Part shown: positions 8,125-16,344 of the stretch, in pieces
Position numbering within the stretch: the first letter of the stretch is position 1
Layout: each line of letters starts with the position of its first letter
Source of the DNA: Spirochaetaceae bacterium
GTDB taxonomy: Bacteria > Spirochaetota > Spirochaetia > B11-G9
Length of the DNA: 32,802 bases
Reading direction: 5' to 3'
NCBI GenBank assembly: GCA_030600745.1
Contig: JAUVLL010000002.1
Location: 1-32,802, forward strand
Translations under genes and position numbers: made by a program
Notes under the pieces: generated by a model
What the model was told of the DNA's origin: nothing
Databases searched by the model: none
The model's input: only the letters and a program-made list of their open reading frames with translations

Positions 8125-8243
8125 GAGATTCTATACTGCCACACAGAGTAAACTGTGGAGAGTTTATTTCTTTTTGTATTCTTATACGTCACTTATTCGA
8201 CAATATTTTTATCAAAAAGTTCTTGACATATAAATACAATATG

Positions 8244-9689
8244 CTATTCAACATCAGGCTGATGACCAGCAACTACCCTGTCAATATCCTTTATTATATT
8301 TTCCGGTAAGACCGCCGGATGGTGGTTTTTAAAGATCTCTTTTGCCTCTTCATTCAGTTTCACGGCAAGATCCTTCTTTCCCTCATCTTCCCATGCCTGA
8401 TAACGGTCTCTGTTCAGGAAACGTGGAAACCATAAGGTTTTTCTGAAATGTTCCACTGTATGCTCTTCCATGAGAAAGTTGCTTCCATCCAAAACCCTCT
8501 CCACCACATCAAGAGCAACTGTATTTTCATTGAAATCCAAAGGACGAAGCAAATACTTGACAGAATTGATAATTTCATCTGCAAAAAGCAGTGATTCAAA
8601 AGATGATGTAAGACCTGACTCGAGATAGCCGCAGTCATGAATAATATTGCAACCGTTCAATGTTGCCATGTAAATGGACATTGCGGATTCAAATCCAGCC
8701 TGGGCATCAAGTACTTTTGAATCGGTTGCTCCGGCAATACAGAAAAACGGAAGCTTATAATAATGAGCCATATCTGCCAACCCATGATTAATAACATTCA
8801 ATTCAGGAGCTCCGTACCTGAAAATATTGGTTTTCATATCCATGGCAGTTGCATCACCGCCAAAAATAAATTTTGCACCCTCTTTCTTTTTCTGAAAAAC
8901 AACAAGACCGGCCAGAGACTCGGCTACAGTCTGTACAAGAATTCCCTCAATAGTAACGGGGGCCGATGCCCCCAGCATGGGACTGCCGATATAGACAAAG
9001 GGGACCTCATAATCACAGCAGACCAGCCCCTTGTCCATCCCCATTTCTGTATGAAGGAGGGGTGACACAGGTTCTGTATACAAAATAAGGGAAGGCTTGC
9101 TTTTCAGCTCATTTATCCCTCCCACAGATGCTGCAGCCATCCGGATCATCGTATTCATATCATTTCTTCCATGACCGGTGACAATTATTGGTTTTTCAGT
9201 ATTTTTCAGCATTGCATCGTATTGATGCACAAAATTGCTCCCCTTTGGACTATCATAGGCAATACCAAAGGACATAACAAAATCAATATTCGGAAGTGCA
9301 TCACTGAATACGGCAAGTCTGGCAACATCATCTTTCAAAGAGGCTCGTCTCTCTCCTGTATCAAGATCAATGGTAGTAGGACAGTCAGAACCTGTTCCAT
9401 AATTACAGGATCCCTCCTTAAGTTCCATGGCCAGTTCACCATTCCTGTTAAATACCTCTATTTTTTCGGGAGCTACTTCCAAAGCCTCCCGGACCATTTT
9501 CCGGGGTATCCTTATTCTATCAGGGTTTGAGACATCACACCCGGCATGACCTAATATATCCAGGGCCTCTGCGCTTTGTACTCTGCACCCGATCTCCTCC
9601 ATCATTCTGAGAGCATAGTCATTGACCTGTTGTATCTGTTCATTTGACAGAATCTGGTTACTAATTGGTTTTCCCAGTGATACTGACAT
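8244..9689 (-). CDS. MttB-superfamily (trimethylamine methyltransferase-like) protein, non-pyrrolysine type; probable quaternary-amine:corrinoid methyltransferase
   Basis: An uninterrupted 481-aa ORF with no in-frame TAG, of typical MttB-family length and composition (..NYGTGSDC.., ..YTEPVSPL.., ..GGDATAMDMKT.., ..IHDCGYLESGL..). An AGGAGGG RBS is present. Confidence 0.8.
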   Translation of the reverse strand: MSVSLGKPISNQILSNEQIQQVNDYALRMMEEIGCRVQSAEALDILGHAGCDVSNPDRIRIPRKMVREALEVAPEKIEVFNRNGELAMELKEGSCNYGTGSDCPTTIDLDTGERRASLKDDVARLAVFSDALPNIDFVMSFGIAYDSPKGSNFVHQYDAMLKNTEKPIIVTGHGRNDMNTMIRMAAASVGGINELKSKPSLILYTEPVSPLLHTEMGMDKGLVCCDYEVPFVYIGSPMLGASAPVTIEGILVQTVAESLAGLVVFQKKKEGAKFIFGGDATAMDMKTNIFRYGAPELNVINHGLADMAHYYKLPFFCIAGATDSKVLDAQAGFESAMSIYMATLNGCNIIHDCGYLESGLTSSFESLLFADEIINSVKYLLRPLDFNENTVALDVVERVLDGSNFLMEEHTVEHFRKTLWFPRFLNRDRYQAWEDEGKKDLAVKLNEEAKEIFKNHHPAVLPENIIKDIDRVVAGHQPDVE

Positions 9690-9738
9690 TTATCCCTCCT
9701 GAATTCCCTGTCGGCAGATTTGTTCAATGCCTGTTCAG

Positions 9739-9767
9739 ATTATGTACTCGTATTACATTTAAGTCAA
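9739..9767 (-). promoter_or_regulatory. Sigma70-like promoter for the MttB-family gene
   Basis: On the minus strand: TTGACT (9767-9762), 17-nt spacer, CATAAT (9744-9739), with an AT-rich tract upstream. Confidence 0.45.
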
Positions 9768-9864
9768 TATATTTCTTTTTTTATTTTTTAGATAGATTAT
9801 TTTAAGTTTTTTATACATTTAGTCCATTTTCTATTTGATTTTTGCTCCATAATAAATGACTGCA

Positions 9865-9893
9865 TTGACAGACAGGAGGTGTAATTGTATAAA
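9865..9893 (+). promoter_or_regulatory. Sigma70-like promoter for the Lrp/AsnC regulator
   Basis: TTGACA (9865-9870), 17-nt spacer, TATAAA (9888-9893). The inferred TSS lies only a few nt before ATG 9919, implying a very short leader. Confidence 0.45.
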
Positions 9894-9918
9894 TACATTA
9901 TTGGAGCTTAGAAACCGG

Positions 9919-10386
9919 ATGGTCGATGAAAAATATGAAATAGACAATCTTGACAGAGAAATAATATTTGAACTGCAGGAAGATGCCAGAAGACAATTCA
10001 AAATTATTGCCGGGAAACTAAAGGTCTCTGAAGGCACTATTAAAAACAGGGTGGAACGACTTATTAAGCAGGACATCTTAAAGCTGGAAGCCAGAGTTAA
10101 TCCCTTTGCCCTGCCAAGAAGAATCTCAGCAATTGTGGGTGTAAATTTAAAAGAACGGAATCATGAAGAAATTATGAAGAAAATTGAGAAAATCCCATGG
10201 GTAACCAGTGTCTGGAATGCCAGCGGCCGTTTTGATCTTTTCTTTGAATTAATGGTCGATTCACTGGAATCACTGAATGGTGCTCTTTTTAAGAATGATT
10301 TAGAAAAAATCGGCGGTATATCTTATACTGAAACATTTATCATTCTGTCTTCAAATACCAAGTATTTTAAGATATACAGACCTTAA
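9919..10386 (+). CDS. Lrp/AsnC-family transcriptional regulator
   Basis: MVDEKYEIDNLDREIIFELQEDARRQFKIIAGKLKVSEGTIKNRVERLIKQDIL is the canonical AsnC HTH, followed by a RAM-like domain. The track start at 9856 lies upstream of the predicted promoter, so ATG 9919 is preferred. Confidence 0.75.
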   Translation: MVDEKYEIDNLDREIIFELQEDARRQFKIIAGKLKVSEGTIKNRVERLIKQDILKLEARVNPFALPRRISAIVGVNLKERNHEEIMKKIEKIPWVTSVWNASGRFDLFFELMVDSLESLNGALFKNDLEKIGGISYTETFIILSSNTKYFKIYRP

Positions 10387-10388
10387 AC

Positions 10389-10425
10389 ACTGAGGAGTTC
10401 CTTACACTTCCTGACGGAAAAATAA
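10389..10425 (+). repeat. 37-nt relic of a cupin-regulator coding sequence, paralogous to 7936-7972
   Basis: 31 of 37 nt are identical to 7936-7972. It reads TEEFLTLPDGKIIDN* against TEEFLTLLDGEITV inside the XRE-cupin gene, and it lies in the 53-nt gap between lrp and ggt. Confidence 0.6.
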
Positions 10426-10439
10426 TAGATAATTAATTT

Positions 10440-12041
10440 CTATATTCCTCCAGCCGATCCGTCTCTCCTGACATCAGCAATTCCCTGAAACCCGCCACCC
10501 CCTGATTGCTCTTTAAGAACAGTCTGTATCCCACCAAAATAGAAACTGAATGGTTCCCGTCTATCGATCTCATACCCGTCCTCTTCTAAACGGGACAGAA
10601 CAGATGGATGGAAACGGTCAGCTTCAATACTTATAAGGTTGTTTATAGAGTAATGCATCCTGGGCTCTTTCATTGCTTCATATATGGTCATATTACGATC
10701 AACTACATTTATAATAAACTGACTCAGTGCAGTAAAAATTCGCTGACTTCCGGGAGTGCCAAGCACCATCCATGGAGAATCTTTATGAAAGATAATTGAA
10801 GGAGCAACTGAAGAAAAGGAGAGACCATTAGACCTGAAGTAGTGAGGATGCTCCGGAGAGTCCAGATTCATATCGGAAAGATAAGTATTATAAAGGAATC
10901 CGAGGCCTTCAGCAGCTGCTTTGCTTCCAAAAAGATGATTTATTGACTGAGTAATACCAACAGAATTACCTTGAGAATCCATTACTGACAGATGCGTGGT
11001 TTCTCCACTGGCATCAGGAAAATATTTTTCCATCATGCTTTTGATATTTATACCTGCGGATTCTCCGGTCAGCATAAAATCATTTTCCGGAGAATAAGAA
11101 TCTGGAGAGGGAATATTCTCTTCGTTTAAATGTAATGCCGATTTGAATATTCCTGCCAGTAATGAATATGATTCAGGAATCTGTGCAGCAATAACGGATG
11201 ACGGACAACGATCAAGGGCTCCAAGTGTATAGAGCAGCATTCTTCCACCGGAAGAGGGAGGCAGAGTTGCAATTTTCAATCCTCTGTACATTGTTGTAAT
11301 GGGTTTTCTCTCAATAGGCCAGGGTATTCTCCCCAGATCATCGGATCGCAGGAATCCGCCATTTGCACGCATATCTTCATCAATAATACTGGCAGGTTTT
11401 CCTGTGTAGAAATACTCCGGACCAAAGTCCGCAATGTCCTGAAGAATTAATACAAGATCAGGTTGAGTAAACAGATCCCCTTTTTCAAAAGGTTTCAAAC
11501 CATCTTTAAGATAGTAACGAGCACCTGATAAAGAGGGGACTTCCCTGAACAGGGACAATTCCTTCACCTGAAGATCATGCTGAAATTGAGTAATTTTATA
11601 TCCCTCTTTGGCAATATTAATCGCCGGTTCCAGTATTTCATTCCATTTCAACCGGCCGAAACGCCTATGGAGGTGTCCCAAAACAGCCACAGTACTGGGA
11701 ACTGTAGTCCCTGTGTAACCAACACTCAGAGATTCATCGTCTACAGAGTCAATATCAACAAGCCCCGGAGCTCGGCTAGACCCATCGAGAGCCATGGTAA
11801 TACCGTCTATATGAAGGATAACATTGGATTCTCCCCCTATACCGCTTGCCTGGGGTTCACAAACACCAATGGCAAATGCCGAAGCACAGGCTGCATCAAC
11901 AGCATTTCCACCCCTTCGCAGTATTTCGACTCCTGCCCTGGTTGCATCAGGAAATGCTGTCGCAACCATGCCCTCCCCTGCAGACGAACTCTTCATGTCC
12001 GATGTAGAGCAGAATTTGCTTTCAATAGCTGCAATATCCAT
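10440..12041 (-). CDS. ggt: Gamma-glutamyltranspeptidase-family Ntn hydrolase, no signal peptide (cytoplasmic)
   Basis: The 533-aa product has the autoprocessing/catalytic motif GETTHLSVMD, plus GIGG and TPGSQRI motifs. An AGGAGAG RBS is present. The N-terminus is hydrophilic. Confidence 0.8.
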   Translation of the reverse strand: MDIAAIESKFCSTSDMKSSSAGEGMVATAFPDATRAGVEILRRGGNAVDAACASAFAIGVCEPQASGIGGESNVILHIDGITMALDGSSRAPGLVDIDSVDDESLSVGYTGTTVPSTVAVLGHLHRRFGRLKWNEILEPAINIAKEGYKITQFQHDLQVKELSLFREVPSLSGARYYLKDGLKPFEKGDLFTQPDLVLILQDIADFGPEYFYTGKPASIIDEDMRANGGFLRSDDLGRIPWPIERKPITTMYRGLKIATLPPSSGGRMLLYTLGALDRCPSSVIAAQIPESYSLLAGIFKSALHLNEENIPSPDSYSPENDFMLTGESAGINIKSMMEKYFPDASGETTHLSVMDSQGNSVGITQSINHLFGSKAAAEGLGFLYNTYLSDMNLDSPEHPHYFRSNGLSFSSVAPSIIFHKDSPWMVLGTPGSQRIFTALSQFIINVVDRNMTIYEAMKEPRMHYSINNLISIEADRFHPSVLSRLEEDGYEIDRREPFSFYFGGIQTVLKEQSGGGGFQGIADVRRDGSAGGI

Positions 12042-12073
12042 GAAAATCTCTCCTGATTTTTTATTTAAACAGA

Positions 12074-13246
12074 TTACTGAAAAAGTCTTCCAGACACCAG
12101 ACGCTGATGACTTAGTTCTATTATTGAAACAAGAAGTTTTGTCCGGTTAAGGAGGCTGTTCTTAATCATATATTCCCTGTCACTATGATCGTACATACCT
12201 ATAGGGCCCAGGCCATCAATTACCGGAGTGCCCGCTGCAGATATAATATTTGCATCGGAACCGCCCGATCGAAATTCTTCAAGTACAGAAATATTAAGAC
12301 TTTTCCCCGCTTCGGCTGCAATATTAAACAGTTCTCTGTTTTGTTCTGTTGTAACCATTGCAGGGCGATCGGCTATCTTAACCAGTCGGCTGGTTGTACC
12401 TGTTACATCTATACGATCATTGATCTCTTCAAGTCTGATCATAAAGGCACTAAAAGTCTCTTCAGTACTATAACGAATGTCTATTGCAGCCATAGCAGTT
12501 TCAGCTATGCTGTTCGGACCCGTACCACCTTCTATTTTACCAACATTTACAGTCAGTTCCGGGAAGGTATTGTTTAAAGATTCTATCTCTATAATTTTAT
12601 GAGCAAGATCCAATACAGCGCTGGATTTTGCTTCTGTTAAGTTAGCTGCATGTCCTGCCTTCCCTTTCACATGGATCTCCAGACCCAGACGACCCTTTCG
12701 ACCTGTAACCACTTCCCCGTTCATACCACCGCATTCAGTAACCAGGGCCATAGCACTTTTTTTTGCCTGTAAGGCAATAATCGCCCTGGATACAGGAGAA
12801 CCGATCTCCTCATCTGTATTAAAAATTACTCTTATTGGTATTTTGGAAAGCATATTACAGGAATTAAGGGCTTTCAGGGCATAAATGATTGAAACAATAC
12901 CACCCTTCATATCAATGACACCCGGTCCATAGACATTTTTTTCATCTTCACGAAAGAACTTGAAATCAGTATCCTCCGGGAATACCGTATCCAGATGACC
13001 TACCAGTAAAATATTGCCTGAATCCCCTGCCGAATGACTGGAAAAGATCAGGGTGTCTCCATAGTTCTCATTTTCAAAGCGTGTTAACCTGAAGGGAAGA
13101 TCCTCAACTGCTTTTACTACAGCATCACAGACCCGGTTTACACCGGGTTTATTGTGAGTACTGCTCTGAATCAGAACAAGATCCTTCAGGAGTTCAAGGA
13201 TCCCATCACTCTGCCCCTCCAGATAATCTACAGATAAAGATCCCAT
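12074..13246 (-). CDS. M20-family metallopeptidase (carboxypeptidase G2 / amidohydrolase / deacylase-like)
   Basis: GHLDTV, DMKGG, NTDEEIGS, a GKAGHA dimerisation-domain segment and GGSDAN. It starts 2 nt after the kamA-like stop. Confidence 0.8.
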   Translation of the reverse strand: MGSLSVDYLEGQSDGILELLKDLVLIQSSTHNKPGVNRVCDAVVKAVEDLPFRLTRFENENYGDTLIFSSHSAGDSGNILLVGHLDTVFPEDTDFKFFREDEKNVYGPGVIDMKGGIVSIIYALKALNSCNMLSKIPIRVIFNTDEEIGSPVSRAIIALQAKKSAMALVTECGGMNGEVVTGRKGRLGLEIHVKGKAGHAANLTEAKSSAVLDLAHKIIEIESLNNTFPELTVNVGKIEGGTGPNSIAETAMAAIDIRYSTEETFSAFMIRLEEINDRIDVTGTTSRLVKIADRPAMVTTEQNRELFNIAAEAGKSLNISVLEEFRSGGSDANIISAAGTPVIDGLGPIGMYDHSDREYMIKNSLLNRTKLLVSIIELSHQRLVSGRLFQ

Positions 13247-13248
13247 AT

Positions 13249-14829
13249 CTAATCCTTGTAACCGGCAAAAGCAAAATCTGTTTTCCTATATATTTCAGGA
13301 TCTGCATCCGGATAATCAACCTCCTCCCCGGACCATGGTTTCCTCAAAACCACTGCACTATCTTTTTGACCGATAACATTGTCACGGTGCATAGGAACCT
13401 TTCCCCCCGCTGTACAGATATAGCGCGGTATGGCATCACCGGATATGTTCCCGTACATGCTCTCTATAATATCTCTCCCAATCTCAACAGGAACGCGCAG
13501 ATGTGCAAATTGAGCATTTCTATAGGAGCAGTTAAAAACATAATAGGGGCGGACATAAGCCTCATGAATGGTCTCGCATAGCTTCCACATCTTTACACGG
13601 GTATCATTGATCCCTTTCAGGAGTACAGCCTGATTCATGACTGTCATTGATACTGATGAAAGTTTCCTAAAAGCCTCTCTACTAACAGGAGTAATTTCCT
13701 GGGCTGTATTTATCTGTGTGACTACACGAATTGGTTTTTTGTCATTGCTCTTACCAAGAATATCAAGAAGTTCATCGTCTATCCTCATTGGTGCTGTAAC
13801 AGGAATACGAGTACCAAGGCGTTTTACAGTAATATGGTCTATTGAGTCGAGCTCATCAAGAAGAAATTTGATCATATCGTTGGGCAGAACAAATGCATCT
13901 CCCCCGGTTACCAGAACATCCCGAATAAAGGTATTATTCCTTATATAGTCAAGAGCTTCCCTATACGCCTCTTTACGGTAGATATTGTCTTTTTTCCCAA
14001 TATGGGCAATTCTGAGGCAATGGGTGCAATACATGGCACACATGTTTGTCGATTTAACAGATACAACCCTGGGATAGAATTGATCAATCAATCGTGCCGG
14101 TGAGTGATCTGCAGCTACGGGTGGAATTTCTTCACCTACATTGTCAACCATTTCTCCTGTAGGCACACTTTGTATTAAAACAGGGTCATTTATTTTTCCA
14201 GGCTGGATAAGGCTTGCATAATAGGGAGTTAAGCGCATACGGTAGGATTTGGTAACCCTCAGAACATCCTTGATTGCAGAAGAAGGAAGATCCAGAACTC
14301 TGGAAAGAGTGTCAACAGAATTGATGGCGTATTTAAGCTGACCATTATACGAATTCCAGTCTTCTTCACTCATATTGAGCTCTTTCATAATCCTCTTCTT
14401 ATTATCCAGGATACTGTCCCAGAGCTCAATACCGCTTGGTGCTTCGGTATCCTTCTGCTGCAGATAATCTTTCACACGTTCGTTGGCCGCCTCAACAATT
14501 GGAAGGGCACGGTTTATTCGACCGCCTACAGTAACTCCATGTTCGTCGATCTCCTCATGACGCTTAGCAATAGTAACGAGATCATCATAGCTCAATCCCA
14601 GGTCAGACAGAAGAATACCCTGCTTCCGGCGCAACTCAAGAAGCTGTAAAAAGAAATCAATAATAGACTGGGTAAGCTCGGTTTGCTTCAATATGTCGAG
14701 CTTATTAGTCATTTCATCAATTATCTCCTGTGAAACTCCGGAACCCGCTGTACCTGATGCAAACAGCTCATCAAAAAGCTCCCCGGTAAAAGAATCAAGC
14801 GACCCATGTTCGATTTTATTATCACTCAT
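13249..14829 (-). CDS. KamA-family radical SAM / PLP amino-acid 2,3-aminomutase-like protein with an N-terminal extension of about 150 aa
   Basis: CAMYCTHCLR (CX3CX2C), TPYYASLI, DPVLIQSVP, VLVTGGDAF, RPYYVFNC and TAGGKVP (PLP lysine). ATG 14829 (MSDNKIEHG) follows a GGGGAGA RBS; the track start at 14844 is TTG. Confidence 0.8.
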   Translation of the reverse strand: MSDNKIEHGSLDSFTGELFDELFASGTAGSGVSQEIIDEMTNKLDILKQTELTQSIIDFFLQLLELRRKQGILLSDLGLSYDDLVTIAKRHEEIDEHGVTVGGRINRALPIVEAANERVKDYLQQKDTEAPSGIELWDSILDNKKRIMKELNMSEEDWNSYNGQLKYAINSVDTLSRVLDLPSSAIKDVLRVTKSYRMRLTPYYASLIQPGKINDPVLIQSVPTGEMVDNVGEEIPPVAADHSPARLIDQFYPRVVSVKSTNMCAMYCTHCLRIAHIGKKDNIYRKEAYREALDYIRNNTFIRDVLVTGGDAFVLPNDMIKFLLDELDSIDHITVKRLGTRIPVTAPMRIDDELLDILGKSNDKKPIRVVTQINTAQEITPVSREAFRKLSSVSMTVMNQAVLLKGINDTRVKMWKLCETIHEAYVRPYYVFNCSYRNAQFAHLRVPVEIGRDIIESMYGNISGDAIPRYICTAGGKVPMHRDNVIGQKDSAVVLRKPWSGEEVDYPDADPEIYRKTDFAFAGYKD

Positions 14830-14994
14830 TATCATTCTCCCCAATAGAAATAATTTCTTTCATAATTCAGACTTCTGCCTGTTATCAGACCATTTAAGTC
14901 TATGTCTATTCATCTATAGCAAATATTCATTGCAAGTTCAATATACTAAATAAAGTTTATTATGTTATTCACTATTAATTCTTAGGTTTTTGTC

Positions 14995-15023
14995 TTGACA
15001 GAGGGACCCGGCATACATATTAT
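14995..15023 (+). promoter_or_regulatory. Sigma70-like promoter for the aminotransferase / TIM-barrel pair
   Basis: TTGACA (14995-15000), 17-nt spacer, TATTAT (15018-15023). Confidence 0.5.
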
Positions 15024-15079
15024 TGGTAAATAATATCGATTAACTGTACTTATTTTGGACAGCTTATGGAGGATAATGT

Positions 15080-16339
15080 ATGTTTAATATTCAAGATTCC
15101 GGCTTATCAAAGGTTCTGACCCACGCTACCGATATGGTAGCTGATCATGCAAAGGGTGTGTATATTTATGATTCAAAGGATACAGAATATCTGGATTTTA
15201 CTTCCGGAATAGGTGTAACCAGTACCGGGCATTGTCATCCAAAAGTTGTTTCTGCAATTAAAAAACAGGCTGAATCACTTATATTCGGGCAACTGAATAT
15301 AGTAGTTCATAAACCTGTACTGGAACTGATTGATAGACTTAAGAATATTGTCCCTTCCGGTCTTGACAGATTTTTCTTTTCAAACAGTGGAGCTGAGGCA
15401 GTAGAAGCTTCTGTAAAACTGGCAAAACGAGCAACAGGACGATCCAATATCATAGTTTTTCAGGGAAGCTTCCATGGCAGAACACATCTGACCATGTCTA
15501 TGACAACCAGTAAAACAATTTACAGGGCACAGTATCAGCCTTTGGTTCCTGGTATCTTTGTAACACCATATCCATACTCATATTATTACGGATGGAATGA
15601 TGATGAAACATCCAGCTTTGCAATAAAGGAATTGGAACGTCTTTTTAAATCTCAGACTACTCCGGAAGAGACTGCAGCTATTATAATTGAACCTGTACTT
15701 GGAGAAGGCGGATATGTAGTTCCACCCAGAGGATTTATCAAAACCTTAAGAGAAATCTGTGATAAGTACGGCATCCTTCTTATTGCCGATGAAATACAGT
15801 CCGGATTTGGAAGAACCGGAAAATATTTTGCAGTAGATCATGAAGATGTTGCTCCAGATATAATGGTTATGGCAAAAGGTCTTGCCTCAGGTATGCCTCT
15901 TTCATGTATCGCCTACAAACATGACCTGGAGAAGAATTGGCTTCCGGGAAGTCATGGCGGCACTTATGGGGGAAACCCGGTATCCTGTGCGGCGGCTGTT
16001 GCAACGATTGATGTAATTTCCAATGAAAATCTGGTTACCAATGCTGCTATAAGAGGAAAGCAATTACTGGAAGGACTGAAAACTCTAAAAAAGAAGAATA
16101 AGCGTATCGGGGATGTAAGAGGATTGGGACTTATGGCGGCTGTAGAGTTTGTCAGGGACAATAAGCCCGATCCTGAGACTACGAAAGCTGTCATTGCAGA
16201 GGCTGCCGACAGAAACCTTCTCCTTTTAAGTTGCGGTACTTTTGGGAATGTTGTCAGATTAATTCCGCCTCTTATTGTTAACGAAGCTCAGATAGAAAAA
16301 GCACTGACCATATTTGAAGATGCCCTGGACAATCTTTAG
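15080..16339 (+). CDS. Class-III (omega) aminotransferase, GabT/PuuE-like (4-aminobutyrate aminotransferase family)
   Basis: Collinear with E. coli GabT (from memory): TGHCHPKVV, SNSGAEAVE, GSFHGRT, IIEPVLGEGG, ADEIQSGFGRTGK, MAKGLASGMPL (PLP lysine), GGTYGGNP, DVRGLGLM and LLLSCG. A GGAGGA RBS is present. Confidence 0.85.
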   Translation: MFNIQDSGLSKVLTHATDMVADHAKGVYIYDSKDTEYLDFTSGIGVTSTGHCHPKVVSAIKKQAESLIFGQLNIVVHKPVLELIDRLKNIVPSGLDRFFFSNSGAEAVEASVKLAKRATGRSNIIVFQGSFHGRTHLTMSMTTSKTIYRAQYQPLVPGIFVTPYPYSYYYGWNDDETSSFAIKELERLFKSQTTPEETAAIIIEPVLGEGGYVVPPRGFIKTLREICDKYGILLIADEIQSGFGRTGKYFAVDHEDVAPDIMVMAKGLASGMPLSCIAYKHDLEKNWLPGSHGGTYGGNPVSCAAAVATIDVISNENLVTNAAIRGKQLLEGLKTLKKKNKRIGDVRGLGLMAAVEFVRDNKPDPETTKAVIAEAADRNLLLLSCGTFGNVVRLIPPLIVNEAQIEKALTIFEDALDNL

Positions 16340-16344
16340 TCATT

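Noticed and set aside
8125-8243. A possible bidirectional terminator between the convergent XRE-cupin and MttB genes (CACAG..CTGTG followed by a T-rich run).
   Set aside because: The stem is only 5 bp and the T tract is interrupted, which is too weak to call.
8222-8250. A consensus-looking promoter (TTGACA, 16 nt, TATTCA) on the plus strand, firing antisense into the 3' end of the MttB-family gene.
   Set aside because: The -10 is weak and no downstream plus-strand ORF or structured RNA is evident. TTGACA occurs by chance at appreciable frequency in AT-rich intergenic DNA. It is kept only as a note; RNA-seq could revive it.
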